Shown: in pieces, positions 36,223 through 46,707 of the stretch
How the letters are laid out: each line of letters begins with the position of its first letter
How positions within the stretch are numbered: position 1 is the first letter of the stretch
Source: a virus
Lineage: Duplodnaviria; Heunggongvirae; Uroviricota; Caudoviricetes
DNA length: 64,000 bases
Direction: 5' to 3' (one strand)
IMG/VR virus record: IMGVR_UViG_3300021400_000141
Span: 1 to 64,000 of that record
The notes under the pieces: model-generated
Told to the model about the DNA's origin: nothing
Database searches by the model: none
What the model saw: the letters and a program-made list of their open reading frames with translations, nothing else
Made by a program: the position numbers and the translations under genes

Positions 36223-37578
36223 ATGAATAATCAAGACATCAACACAGAATTCAGTGCGTTTCTCACGGATTTCAGCAAGAAAAATCCTAGCAAGCGGTTG
36301 AGTGACCTCGCCGCAAAACGCCAAATCGACCTCAGTAAGCTGAACGACTCGACGTTACACAACCCTGAGGCAGACTCCCGTGCAATGGGTATATGGAGAG
36401 ATGCCCAGAGGGACCTCCGTAAGCTCAACAACCCGATGTCCAGCACGCTTTGGTACTTGGCATACAAGTATTTTCATGACGAAATCGACGGAATTACTGA
36501 CGATGCGGAAAAGAAGGAAGCTATATCTGACCTATGTGGGCTTCCCGAGAACAGAATCGATGCTGAAAACGAATTGAAAGAAATTATTAAAGAAAAGATT
36601 TGCGAAAAAGAAGTAACAATAAACGGCAATACCTGGTCGCTATTCACTGAAGAGGATGCAGAAAACAAAACCCCAGACGAGCTGTGCGCTGAGCTTGACA
36701 AGAGAATGAAAGAAATGTCCGTTATCTTCGACGAGGATGCCGAAGACCGTAACACATACAACGAGATTCAGAAGAACCATACGTTCGAAGACTTTTTCAG
36801 GGCATTGGCCGCATTCCTTAACATGAAGGTTGGTGAAATCCTGAAATCAGGAAAGATGAACACGTTCAACTTCTCCTACAACGATAAGGATACCTGTGTC
36901 ATTGGCAAGCATCACTCAGGTTTGGAAGTCATCACGATTACTCCCGATATCAGTGACGAAGACGATACGGGTACTACCGACGACCTAATATGCGACATCG
37001 ATGTGGCCGGACTTGGTCTTCCAGAATACCACCCATCCTACGAAGACACTAAGGACATGATGGAAGTTCTATCCTATATCAACAGGCATAGGACATATTC
37101 ACCAGGCGATGACGGACAATACACCATACCAGGTGTAAAGGGCTCAGAAGTCCCCGCAATAGTATACGACGCCGTACAGGACTGGCAGGCAACCGCATCA
37201 GCATGCAAAACTGTCGCAAAGGCATGGACAGACGCACATGAACTCATTGGTGATTCCAAGATGAATGATTTCAAACGTGATGTAAACGAAACGAAATTCT
37301 ACCGTGAAAGAGCAAATGTGAAAGACCCAACATACGACATGGATGAGTATTATAAGCAGAAGGAAGCGGAGAGGGAAGAACGTTCCGAGCTAGTAAAGCC
37401 AAAAATGGGTGACAACGGAAACTACGACGACGATGACATCAGCCACGTATTCAAACAGCTTCAAATAACGCTTGGCGGAAAAACGGCTGACGGTGAAATC
37501 TTTACTGACGATGAACTGGACGCACTGGCAGACGTAGACGATGGTGAACCAGACGAAGAACCTGATGACCGTGTCTAG
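36223..37578 (+). CDS. Acidic late hypothetical protein
   Basis: 451-aa ORF after TATAAACT. Confidence 0.8.
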   Translation: MNNQDINTEFSAFLTDFSKKNPSKRLSDLAAKRQIDLSKLNDSTLHNPEADSRAMGIWRDAQRDLRKLNNPMSSTLWYLAYKYFHDEIDGITDDAEKKEAISDLCGLPENRIDAENELKEIIKEKICEKEVTINGNTWSLFTEEDAENKTPDELCAELDKRMKEMSVIFDEDAEDRNTYNEIQKNHTFEDFFRALAAFLNMKVGEILKSGKMNTFNFSYNDKDTCVIGKHHSGLEVITITPDISDEDDTGTTDDLICDIDVAGLGLPEYHPSYEDTKDMMEVLSYINRHRTYSPGDDGQYTIPGVKGSEVPAIVYDAVQDWQATASACKTVAKAWTDAHELIGDSKMNDFKRDVNETKFYRERANVKDPTYDMDEYYKQKEAEREERSELVKPKMGDNGNYDDDDISHVFKQLQITLGGKTADGEIFTDDELDALADVDDGEPDEEPDDRV

Positions 37579-37602
37579 GTGATTCCAAAATAAATTGAAT
37601 TT

Positions 37603-37626
37603 AAAGCCCCTTCGGGGGCTTTTTTT
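37603..37626 (+). terminator. Intrinsic terminator
   Basis: AGCCCC-TTCG-GGGGCT followed by a T-tract. Confidence 0.9.
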
Positions 37627-37647
37627 GTATTTTTTTCAAAAATTCCC

Positions 37648-37676
37648 TTGACAAGTCGTTTTTAATTAGTTATATT
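37648..37676 (+). promoter_or_regulatory. sigma70-type promoter
   Basis: TTGACA-N17-TATATT. Confidence 0.85.
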
Positions 37677-37702
37677 TCTGATATCAACATAAGGATATAA
37701 TC

Positions 37703-38419
37703 ATGAGTAGAACATTTGACGAATTGCCTCGCAAGGATTACATGGGAACCATCTCTTGGAGCCGCCCGTATTTCGGAGCTCCCCAGCCGATGTTCGGTTC
37801 CGCCATCAAGACAAGCCACCCCGTATGCATCCGCATCGACAGGGCTAATGTGATTTGTCATGGAGGGGACGCTTCCGACACGAGCATCCTGCCAGACAAT
37901 CACCCGTACATCGAACTGGAAATGACCCCGTTGCAGTGGGCAGAATTCCTGACGTGCGGAGGACAGGCGGAAGGTGTTCCTTGCACAATTACCAAGGTGG
38001 ACGGCAAGATTATGTCTCGCCCCGAAGAAGATACCACTGCGGACAAGTATCTCCAGTCAACTAACGAGCATTTCGACGAGTTTTCCAACGGCATCAAGCG
38101 TTTCGAGAAAGAACTGTCTGATGCCATCGCAAGCGGCAAGCCCATGTCCAAGACCCAGATGAAGGAAATGCTGGACAACATGAAGTGCTTCCGCACCAAC
38201 AGCGTTGCCAACCTGAACTTCCTCAGAACACGTTTCATGGAGGAAATGGGCGACATCGTAGTGAAGGCCAAGGCGGAGGTCAACTCCTATGCCGAAATGC
38301 ACCTGCACGAACTTGGAGTAAAGTGCCTTATGGACCAGTCGGATAATATGGATGGAGACAAGATAGTAGCCCAGTATCTCAGAAAAGAAATCGGTACATC
38401 GGAGGAACCGAATGACTGA
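37703..38419 (+). CDS. Hypothetical phage protein
   Basis: MFGS...IELEMTPLQWAEFLT...GVPCTI. Confidence 0.8.
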   Translation: MSRTFDELPRKDYMGTISWSRPYFGAPQPMFGSAIKTSHPVCIRIDRANVICHGGDASDTSILPDNHPYIELEMTPLQWAEFLTCGGQAEGVPCTITKVDGKIMSRPEEDTTADKYLQSTNEHFDEFSNGIKRFEKELSDAIASGKPMSKTQMKEMLDNMKCFRTNSVANLNFLRTRFMEEMGDIVVKAKAEVNSYAEMHLHELGVKCLMDQSDNMDGDKIVAQYLRKEIGTSEEPND

Positions 38420-39833
38420 AATAAAGAAATACTTTGACAAGAACAAGGACGACAGAAACGTGTCCTGCATGATGAAACTCGTTCATGCTGTTTCATCTGC
38501 TGGTGGAAAGGCGTATGTCGTCGGCGGTTTTGTCCGTGACGCAATCCTTGGCAAGGACAACAAGGATATCGACTTCGAGATACACGGTCTCGATGCGTCA
38601 ACTATTGAAAAACTCTTGCTCGAATTGAGTGGAAGCCCCGCTTTGAAGAAGGGTTCCTCTTTCGGCGTGTACGGAATCAAGGGTTATGACTTCGATATTG
38701 CGATGCCGAGAAAGGAACACTGCATCGGCAGCAAGCATACTGACTTCGCAGTGTCCGTAGACCCGTCAATGGGAGTGGAAGAGGCTAGCCGCAGAAGGGA
38801 CTTCACCATCAACGCCCTCATGTACGATGTGGAAGCCGATGAAATCGTAGATTGCCACAACGGTTGCAACGACATTGCAAGCAAGACCATTCGCCATGTT
38901 TGCGACGAGACTTACATCGAAGACGCTCTCCGTGTGTTCCGTGCTGCACAGTTCGCTGCAAGGTTCGGTTTCGACATCGCTCCCGAGACAATCGCCCTTT
39001 CCCGTTCGATATCGGGAAAGCTGGTTGACCTGTCTGGCGAACGGGTTGAGTCGGAGATGCACAAGGCCCTGATGAAATCGGACAAGCCGTCGGTGTTTTT
39101 CAGGAAGCTGGTCGAAATGGACGCTCTTGATTACTGGTTTCCAGAACTTAGCGCACTCATCGAAACTCCGCAAGCACCTGAGTTCCACCCAGAAGGAAAC
39201 GTGTTCGAACACACGATGCTCGTAATCGACCAGGCAGCAAAAGTCAGGAACCGTGCTGATGACCCGTACGCATTCATGCTGACGGCACTCTGCCACGATT
39301 TCGGAAAGGCAAAGACTACGTTCTTCAACGAAAAGAAGCAGCGTCTCGTTTCCTATGGTCACGACAATGCGGCAAAACCGCTTATCGACTCGTTCATGGA
39401 CCGTCTCAGGTTGTCGAACTCTGTTCGGGCATATGTTCAGAACCTTACCCTTCTGCACATGCAGCCGAACATGTATGTTGGTAACGACGCTACGGACTAT
39501 GCTTTCAACAATATGTTCGACAAGACAAAGCATGCTGAAGACCTCCTGTTGCTTGCCCGTTGCGACCACTTCGGTCGTGGAGTACAGCTTGACTACGCCA
39601 GGTATGAATGCAAGCTGTCCGCACGGCTTGCCAAGTACCGTGAACTCATGAAGTTACCCGAGGCAACCGCAGACGATTTCATGAAGCTCGGAGTGAAGCC
39701 ATCGCCTCTCCTTGGGGAAATGCTGGAAATGTCGCACAAGTTGCACTTGAAGGGAACTCCTTGCCAGACAGCAATCAAGCTTACACGGAACCAGTTTGCA
39801 AAACGAATTCGAATGCAGAATGCCGAAGCATAG
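38412..39833 (+). CDS. cca: Class II tRNA nucleotidyltransferase (CCA-adding) with HD domain
   Basis: VGGFVRD, DIDFE, RRDFTINAL, EDALRVFRAAQF, ERV..E, HPEG.V.EHT, HDFGK. Confidence 0.95.
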   Translation: MTEIKKYFDKNKDDRNVSCMMKLVHAVSSAGGKAYVVGGFVRDAILGKDNKDIDFEIHGLDASTIEKLLLELSGSPALKKGSSFGVYGIKGYDFDIAMPRKEHCIGSKHTDFAVSVDPSMGVEEASRRRDFTINALMYDVEADEIVDCHNGCNDIASKTIRHVCDETYIEDALRVFRAAQFAARFGFDIAPETIALSRSISGKLVDLSGERVESEMHKALMKSDKPSVFFRKLVEMDALDYWFPELSALIETPQAPEFHPEGNVFEHTMLVIDQAAKVRNRADDPYAFMLTALCHDFGKAKTTFFNEKKQRLVSYGHDNAAKPLIDSFMDRLRLSNSVRAYVQNLTLLHMQPNMYVGNDATDYAFNNMFDKTKHAEDLLLLARCDHFGRGVQLDYARYECKLSARLAKYRELMKLPEATADDFMKLGVKPSPLLGEMLEMSHKLHLKGTPCQTAIKLTRNQFAKRIRMQNAEA

Positions 39834-39867
39834 AAAACCCGACCTCGATGAGGTCGGGCTTTGTTTT
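39834..39867. terminator. Bidirectional terminator between convergent genes
   Basis: CCCGACCTC-GAT-GAGGTCGGG flanked by A/T tracts. Confidence 0.8.
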
Positions 39868-39886
39868 AATGCAATTAACGGTTTAT

Positions 39887-42800
39887 TTATTCTGGTTTTT
39901 TAAACGAGTATGCTTCGATTTCCTTCTGCCACATTTCGTATGGAATCCAGGTCACCATTTTCTTGAATGTTGGTGATGTTTGCCTTTCGCCCTGTGGATG
40001 GCAGCATACGCAGCAAAGCCTAGTTGGCGACACCGTAATCTGGTCAAACCTCCACTTGATTTCCTTTGGATTACTAGGAATGCTATATGCAGGACTTGAC
40101 GGGAAACAGAAGTCACTGTAAATAATGATAAGGTCATAGTCTGTTCCGTAGCTCAACTTGTATTGTTTCTTGGTTTTCGCATCGTACTTGACCTTACGCT
40201 GCTTACGTGGCTTTACTGTTCCGTCGCCGTTCAATTCGGGCGGATAATAGTAAGGACTCAAACGGTCGGCAATACTATATACGTTAGTTCCACCACCGCC
40301 AACAGCAAGTTTAATAGCACCCGTATAATTACTTACGGAGATATCTCCCTTAGCAATGTCACGAGCCTTCTGAATGCTGAACGGACGTGGGATATCGCAT
40401 CCATCATCCCAGAATGCATAATCCATGGTAACACCCTTCGTTTTCAGCCTAGATGCAATGCTGCTAAGAAGGTTAGCCGCACCAGTCAGGATGGTTTCTT
40501 TACACCACATAGAGCCAGATGCGTCAATGGCCAGAAGGACACGTGGAGCGTAGTCTTCTAGCACGTTAAACGAGCCTGTGCTGAAATGGCTGTGCGTAGG
40601 ACTTTTGTAGTTCCTACTATCACCATCTTCATTTGATGGACGGCTGGCGTTTGAAGCCAAAGCAACGATACGGTTGGCTATTCTAAGCTTTACGTCGGTT
40701 CTCATATATGCTTTGGCTGCGTTGTCATCGTTGATTTCCTTTGTGAGAGAATTCAGCTCTTCCAAGTTAGCGTCGTATTCACCTGATTGGTTCTTGATTT
40801 CTATGTTATTTTCAATTTCCTTTGCAGCCTGTTGCAAGGTATTTTCCATTTCAGTTGACGTACTCTGCATCTCGGAGAATGTATTTGTCTCATTTGCAAA
40901 CTGTGCAAGGTTTGAATTCAATCCCTCGATTGGGTTTCCACTATTCTTCTTGATTTCGCTAATGAGATTGATTTTAAGACCAGAAAGCCCACCTACACTG
41001 GTTGAACCGCTTGTTCCTGCTTCTGATGTATCATCACTTAGCTTCTCTTCTATCTTTGGCTCACCAGGTCCAGACGGAGGACCATGAGGAGTCTCACCAC
41101 CAGGTCCAGACGGTGGTTCGCCAGGTCCAGACGGAGGTTCACCAGGACCAGACGGAGGACCATGAGGAGTCTCACCACCAGGCCCAGACGGTGGCTCACC
41201 AGGGCCATAAGGTGGTTCACCATAACCTGTACCTTTACCTCTACCTTTACCTATACCTGGGCCTTCACCTTCGCCTTCTTCCCCTGTACCTTCACCATCA
41301 GTATCACCATCACCCCCTATACCTTCACCTTCGTCTTCACCAGTACCTGTGCCTGTACCTGTGCCAGTACCTTCACCTTCGGTTCCTCTTGCACCGTTGG
41401 TAGCGGTCTGCTGAGCCTCCTGAGCAGCTTCCTGCAACTTTTGTAGTCCAGTTCGTGCCCCATTTGGACCTTGCTGACCACCTTGCTGTCCGCCTTGGTC
41501 GCCACCTTGTTCACCGCCTTGCTGGCCACCTTGTTTACCATTAGGAGTCGGGAACCCTTCGTTTCCACCTTGGTCGCCACCTTGGTCGCCACCCTGTTGG
41601 CCGCCTTGCTGACCACCCTGTTGACCACCTTGGTCGCCACCTTGCTGGCCACCTTGCTGGCTACCCTGTTCGCCACCTTGCTGGCCACCTTGTTGACCGC
41701 CTTGCTGGCCATTCTGCATAGCTTGCTTTAACGCCTTTTGCATCTGCTGAGTGCCTTTCTTAATCTGGTTGGCACCCTGTTGCATCTGCTTGGAACCATT
41801 CTGCATTTGCTGGGAGTCGCCATTCTGACAACCCTGTGCATATTGGTTGGCACCTGCTTCGAGCTGCTGTGCACCCTGTTCGATTGTCTGCTGGGCTTGT
41901 TTTGCCTCAGGGCTACCACCACAAGCTTGAGCACATTGTGCAGCAGCATTACGAGCATCCTGAGCAGATTGGTGAGCCTGCTTTCTTACCGATTCTCCAT
42001 CAGTAGGCTGGGCCGATGCCGACTCGTTTGCCGAACTCTGTGCTTCATTGGATGTAGAACCAGCCTGTTGTGAACCATTAGAGAGTTGCTGAGAGCCTTG
42101 TTGTCCCTGAGAAGAGCCCTGTGCTCCACTAGACTCCATTGCCTGTTTCATTTGCTGTGCGCCAGCGTCTATCTGTTGGGCACCAGCCTTCATCTGCTGT
42201 GCTCCTAGCTGTTGCTGGGCGGTATTACCACTCTGGACACCAGCATCGTAGCGTTTAGCACCTTGTTCCAAATTCCTTGCACCTTGGTTCACCATGTTTT
42301 GAGCCGCTTGTGCTTCAGGAGAATTTCCACATGCCTGAGCACATTTTGCCGCACCCTGCTTTGCGTTGTTCGCCGCAGTAGATGCCTGCTGTGACATGCT
42401 CTGACCATTCTGTGAAGAACCCTGCTGTGAACCCTGTTGAGAACCCTGCTGTCCATTGGAGTTTGCCGAACTGGATGCCTGCTGAGAAGCAGAAGCACCT
42501 TCTTGCATCTTTTGTGATGCCTGTTGAGCACTCTGCTGAGCGCCAGCATTTTGCATAGCCTGTTGCATGTGCTGTGAAGCCTGCTGCATCTGCTGAGAAG
42601 CTTGCTGCATTTGCTGAGCAGCCTGCTCCATTGATGGCTGGTCTCCTGCCTTAGCGGCATTTTCATATTCATTTGCAGCTTCCTTCATTTCGTTAGCCGC
42701 TGATTGCATTTCAGACAATGCCTGTTGTGCTTCGCTTGAATTGCCGCATGCCTGGGCACATTTTGCTGCACCCATCTTTGCGTTTAGAGCACCTGCTCTA

Positions 42801-43690
42801 GCCTGCTGTGCAATCTGGCGAGGGGTCTTTTGTTCGCCACCATTCTGTTGGCCACCCTGTTGAGCACCCTGTTGGCCACCCTGCTGTTGCATCTGCTGTT
42901 GCTGTCCTTGGGAGTGCTGTGGACGACTTGCACCCCATTTACTTGTCTGGGGTTGTTGAGCACCCTGTTGGCCACCCTGTTGCATCTGCTGTTGTTGGGC
43001 TTGTTTCTGTTCCTCGCTCATACCCCCGGCCATCGCCTGAGGCATTTCAGAACCTTGTAAAGCCTGTTCGAGAAAACCGATATACTTTCGGATGGTTTCT
43101 AGGTTCCATTCTTCATCAGTAAACTCGGCCTTCTGTTTTGTAAATTGTCCTGACGGGTCATTCGGGTCCTCTTTGACCTCTTCATTCATCTCGCCGTACA
43201 GCGTCTTGACACCAGCCATCCATTGAGGGTTTTCGTACGCTTTTTCCAATGCGGCAAGACCAGCATCAACAGATGCGTTTCCAGTCTTTAGCTTGCTCAG
43301 GATACCGTAGTGAGACATCATGATTTGAACGGCTCTCGTATGTGCACTACCCTGTCCGTTACGGAAGTCATAGTATCCGCACTTAACTGCAAGGCCAATA
43401 GTTGCAACAATGGCACAGAAGGTCGTCATGTCACTTTCTTTGTACAGTTTGTGAATGAATTCTTCGTTGTATATAATGCAACCGTTCTTGATATGTTCCC
43501 CATAATTAGATGCAAACACGATTGTGCTTGTTTCGTTGTGACGTGCTGGGTTCCACGATAGGCCCTGTAAAATGGGCATAAAGATAGAGACGGCTGAACC
43601 CATCTCGCTTGCCCTATCCCTCATTTCTTCAAGTTCTTTAGCAACTTGCTGCGAAAATTCCTTAGGGTTTTGTGCGTTAATATCGCTCAT
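39887..43690 (-). CDS. 1267-aa Gln/Gly-rich repeat protein with C-terminal VWA domain
   Basis: MIDAS LLAIDASGSM, GGGGT, IIYSD; central QQGG, CAQACG, GEGTG and PPSGPGE repeats. Confidence 0.85.
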   Translation of the reverse strand: MSDINAQNPKEFSQQVAKELEEMRDRASEMGSAVSIFMPILQGLSWNPARHNETSTIVFASNYGEHIKNGCIIYNEEFIHKLYKESDMTTFCAIVATIGLAVKCGYYDFRNGQGSAHTRAVQIMMSHYGILSKLKTGNASVDAGLAALEKAYENPQWMAGVKTLYGEMNEEVKEDPNDPSGQFTKQKAEFTDEEWNLETIRKYIGFLEQALQGSEMPQAMAGGMSEEQKQAQQQQMQQGGQQGAQQPQTSKWGASRPQHSQGQQQQMQQQGGQQGAQQGGQQNGGEQKTPRQIAQQARAGALNAKMGAAKCAQACGNSSEAQQALSEMQSAANEMKEAANEYENAAKAGDQPSMEQAAQQMQQASQQMQQASQHMQQAMQNAGAQQSAQQASQKMQEGASASQQASSSANSNGQQGSQQGSQQGSSQNGQSMSQQASTAANNAKQGAAKCAQACGNSPEAQAAQNMVNQGARNLEQGAKRYDAGVQSGNTAQQQLGAQQMKAGAQQIDAGAQQMKQAMESSGAQGSSQGQQGSQQLSNGSQQAGSTSNEAQSSANESASAQPTDGESVRKQAHQSAQDARNAAAQCAQACGGSPEAKQAQQTIEQGAQQLEAGANQYAQGCQNGDSQQMQNGSKQMQQGANQIKKGTQQMQKALKQAMQNGQQGGQQGGQQGGEQGSQQGGQQGGDQGGQQGGQQGGQQGGDQGGDQGGNEGFPTPNGKQGGQQGGEQGGDQGGQQGGQQGPNGARTGLQKLQEAAQEAQQTATNGARGTEGEGTGTGTGTGTGEDEGEGIGGDGDTDGEGTGEEGEGEGPGIGKGRGKGTGYGEPPYGPGEPPSGPGGETPHGPPSGPGEPPSGPGEPPSGPGGETPHGPPSGPGEPKIEEKLSDDTSEAGTSGSTSVGGLSGLKINLISEIKKNSGNPIEGLNSNLAQFANETNTFSEMQSTSTEMENTLQQAAKEIENNIEIKNQSGEYDANLEELNSLTKEINDDNAAKAYMRTDVKLRIANRIVALASNASRPSNEDGDSRNYKSPTHSHFSTGSFNVLEDYAPRVLLAIDASGSMWCKETILTGAANLLSSIASRLKTKGVTMDYAFWDDGCDIPRPFSIQKARDIAKGDISVSNYTGAIKLAVGGGGTNVYSIADRLSPYYYPPELNGDGTVKPRKQRKVKYDAKTKKQYKLSYGTDYDLIIIYSDFCFPSSPAYSIPSNPKEIKWRFDQITVSPTRLCCVCCHPQGERQTSPTFKKMVTWIPYEMWQKEIEAYSFKKPE

Positions 43691-43718
43691 GATTAATCCT
43701 CAATAATTTAACTACAGT

Positions 43719-44225
43719 TTATACCAGCGTGCGGCATACGGCGGCAACGTTGGTGATGTATTTCTTGACAATTTCGACGACATCATCCTCGCATTCGGGA
43801 ACCTGGATTTCTGGCACGAACGATTCGTACGAGTCCTCGCCGAGGATGAAAGATTCGTCAAGACCCTTCATTATCAGGTCTTTTTGGTAGATTTCTGAGG
43901 CAACGGCACGCTTCACGAACTTTAACTTTCCGCTGCGGCTCATCATTGGAAGGAACAGAGTGAGGTTCTTCATGAAAGTTCCCGTAGATTCCGAGGTGAA
44001 CGTATCCATGTAGATGATTTCGTTTCCGCCACGGTCGTAATACTTTGCGGGAACATGCTTCTCGGTAAGGCACATGGCGTAGCCTGACTCTCCTTCGAAG
44101 TATTTCTTCTCAGTCCACTTTCCGTTCTTCAACGGCATCGTGGTGCCCATATCAAACCCAGCTTTCACAGGGTCGTTTTCAAGCCCGCAATCCTTGCAGA
44201 GCTTCAATATTTTCGTAACTAGCAT
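43719..44225 (-). CDS. Hypothetical protein
   Basis: ORF in run. Confidence 0.7.
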   Translation of the reverse strand: MLVTKILKLCKDCGLENDPVKAGFDMGTTMPLKNGKWTEKKYFEGESGYAMCLTEKHVPAKYYDRGGNEIIYMDTFTSESTGTFMKNLTLFLPMMSRSGKLKFVKRAVASEIYQKDLIMKGLDESFILGEDSYESFVPEIQVPECEDDVVEIVKKYITNVAAVCRTLV

Positions 44226-44228
44226 AGT

Positions 44229-44708
44229 CTACCTGTCCTGTACCTTTACGGAATAATCAGCACTTTCAGCATGTTCTTCAAGCTTTCTGTACAAGTTCTT
44301 TATGTCGATGAGGAGTTCAACGTCGTTTGCCTGCATCATCTTGAACAGCTTGATTGTCTCTTCTCTGAGAAACGCGAGCTTTTCGACAACTTCTTTCTTG
44401 TATACGGAGAAATCCAATGTCTTCAACACGGACAGAAGCTCGTCGATGTCGTTGAAAACGATACACGGTTGAAACTCCGAAGATATCACGAGGTCAATCC
44501 TGGGTATGGACGGCGTGTATGCGAGGACGATGACAAAGGTATTCCCTTCGACAAAATCGAATCCTGCGATTTTGCCAGCCTTGTTCAGGACATACTTTTC
44601 ACCCAATGGGATAATCTTGTCGCACTTTTCGCTATATTCCTTGTATAGCCTGTCGTACGTTTCCTTCGGAATTACGCCTTCTTCGTTACAGAACTTGGAA
44701 ATGTCCAT
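44229..44708 (-). CDS. Hypothetical protein
   Basis: ORF in run. Confidence 0.7.
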   Translation of the reverse strand: MDISKFCNEEGVIPKETYDRLYKEYSEKCDKIIPLGEKYVLNKAGKIAGFDFVEGNTFVIVLAYTPSIPRIDLVISSEFQPCIVFNDIDELLSVLKTLDFSVYKKEVVEKLAFLREETIKLFKMMQANDVELLIDIKNLYRKLEEHAESADYSVKVQDR

Positions 44709-45310
44709 TACAACCCCTGGATTTTCCTGATAATCTCTTCAGCCGCACACAGAGGGATGTCGATTGCATCAACTTCCTTATCGGGAACCTTACTAATCTC
44801 GCCAGTATCGTCGTTTATCGTCAACTTAGGGGAGTCTGCATCGGCGGTTCCGTCCTGCTCTGAACTGAGTTTTGCAAGAAGATATTCTACCTCCTTGTAG
44901 AGCGCGTTTAGCTCGGCTCTCAATCCTTTGTTCGTCTCAACCTGCTTGTTGTATCTTGCCGCAAGGCCGTTGTAGCTTTCCTTGACTCGGGCGGCGTTCA
45001 GCTCGGCGTCTTCTGCACGCTGTCTGAATTCCCGTACGCTACCCTGCAATCTTCGTACGCTCTCGCGGGCTTCCTTCAGGTCCTTGTCCTTCTGGTTGAG
45101 CTCGTTGTACAGCTCGTTTATTTTGTTCGCCATCTCACGGTTTCCGACAGCGTCCGTATGGCGTGGATTAATGGCAGACTGGCGTTCACGCTCGTCTCTG
45201 CCATATTTAAATTTGGTTAGAGTACCATCGGACTCGATAGCTCGTCTAAGGTCATCTGGGTCGATGCCCAACATGTCTTCCCAAAAATTGATTACTCCGT
45301 CTCTAAGCAT
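44708..45310 (-). CDS. Coiled-coil protein
   Basis: Heptad-rich centre; GAGGT RBS. Confidence 0.75.
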   Translation of the reverse strand: MLRDGVINFWEDMLGIDPDDLRRAIESDGTLTKFKYGRDERERQSAINPRHTDAVGNREMANKINELYNELNQKDKDLKEARESVRRLQGSVREFRQRAEDAELNAARVKESYNGLAARYNKQVETNKGLRAELNALYKEVEYLLAKLSSEQDGTADADSPKLTINDDTGEISKVPDKEVDAIDIPLCAAEEIIRKIQGL

Positions 45311-45343
45311 AAATACCTCTGATTTAGGGTGAATTCAGCACCA

Positions 45344-45730
45344 TTAAAATACATTATTAGAGTCCAGTTCGAGCAGTTTCTTGTTCAATACCGCGAAGAA
45401 CTTGTCGATGGTATCCCTCTCGTCCTGTACTGCAAATACCAAACCCGACTTGGGACGCGCATCAAATGAAAATTCTCCGTCTTTGTAGTGAGAGTGTCCA
45501 ATCTGCTCTACCCGTCCAGAGCAGAATATGCCGTTCTTGTGGTCAACGGTGAACCTTATCCTGACTATGTTGAAACGGTGGATGAACACGTAGATGACAC
45601 TATCGTTTTCACCCTCATCGGAAGTCGTATGCAGGAAATTAAGTCCGATGGTTCTTGCTTCCTGAATCATCCAGGTTTCTTCTGGTATGATTTGTGTACG
45701 CTTGTTGATATTTACTTCGTTTTTACTCAT
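45344..45730 (-). CDS. Hypothetical protein (start uncertain)
   Basis: ORF in run. Confidence 0.6.
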   Translation of the reverse strand: MSKNEVNINKRTQIIPEETWMIQEARTIGLNFLHTTSDEGENDSVIYVFIHRFNIVRIRFTVDHKNGIFCSGRVEQIGHSHYKDGEFSFDARPKSGLVFAVQDERDTIDKFFAVLNKKLLELDSNNVF

Positions 45731-45746
45731 AAAGTTAATGCAAGGC

Positions 45747-45775
45747 ATCTCACCCGAAATGAACGGGTGAGATGA
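45747..45775. other. Perfect 11-bp stem-loop
   Basis: CATCTCACCCG-N7-CGGGTGAGATG, no U-tract. Confidence 0.7.
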
Positions 45776-45798
45776 CCCGCACTCTCCGTGGTTGAATA

Positions 45799-46140
45799 CT
45801 AGGTATGCTTAGCAGCCTGCTTCATGAAGTTTGCGTGTATCGTGTACACGGTCTTCATGTCGCCCTGCTGGAACGCAGTAACAGCATCCTTCGCTTCCCT
45901 GAGGACAGCGACAATGCGGGAGTAATACTCCTTGTCGTGACGCTTCTTCATGAAGGCGGCACTGTCCTGGAGACCCTTCATTTCGTGACGCATTTCCGTC
46001 TGGGTCTTGCACTTGCTGATGACACGTTCGAGATGGCGGGCGGCACGGAGGTTAATCTTGCCGAGGTCGCTGTTTACGTCGCAGCCGACAGTCCTGTGAG
46101 AACGGTCGGCTATCCTTTTCATGTATGCTTCGTTTTTCAT
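45799..46140 (-). CDS. Hypothetical protein
   Basis: AAGGA RBS. Confidence 0.7.
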   Translation of the reverse strand: MKNEAYMKRIADRSHRTVGCDVNSDLGKINLRAARHLERVISKCKTQTEMRHEMKGLQDSAAFMKKRHDKEYYSRIVAVLREAKDAVTAFQQGDMKTVYTIHANFMKQAAKHT

Positions 46141-46221
46141 TTGAGCATCCTTTGTATTGGGTGAACCGCATTATTCAGCATCTTCTCGGCGTGCTGGCTG
46201 TGCGGAATCAGCGTTTGCCGT

Positions 46222-46707
46222 TCAAAAGTTCGATAATATCCTGTCCGCCTTGATTTGCCTGATTTTACGCTGCATAGTGAGCATGTCAACCACAAACGTC
46301 TTGAACCCTGGGGTAACATCGTTGATTGAAACCGAATTGACGGTAACGGTGTTGTTTACACGGTTCAACATGGGGTTTCCAGCATATTTCTCATAAAATT
46401 CCAGAACAAGTCTGGATTGCGGGGTGTCCTCTAGTTTATCCAGGTTGATGTTGCTCTGGAAAGAACTGCTGTCACTAATCGACAGGCTGTTGAGTTCCTC
46501 TGGGCTGTAGAAAGGGTATAGACGCAGAGTTTTCTCATTGAGCATCGCTACACATGTATGGGCCATTTTCTGCAGGAACGATGCGTCATCGTAGTCGCAA
46601 GCAGACGAGAAATAGAACGTGCTGGAACTGGCTTCCTTCCACGTCCTGACGACGCTTTTTGAAAGCCCGCAACCTTGAAGCATCCTGTCTATCTCGTTGA
46701 AGGTCAT
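46222..46707 (-). CDS. Hypothetical protein
   Basis: ATGA overlap with the exonuclease gene. Confidence 0.7.
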   Translation of the reverse strand: MTFNEIDRMLQGCGLSKSVVRTWKEASSSTFYFSSACDYDDASFLQKMAHTCVAMLNEKTLRLYPFYSPEELNSLSISDSSSFQSNINLDKLEDTPQSRLVLEFYEKYAGNPMLNRVNNTVTVNSVSINDVTPGFKTFVVDMLTMQRKIRQIKADRILSNF

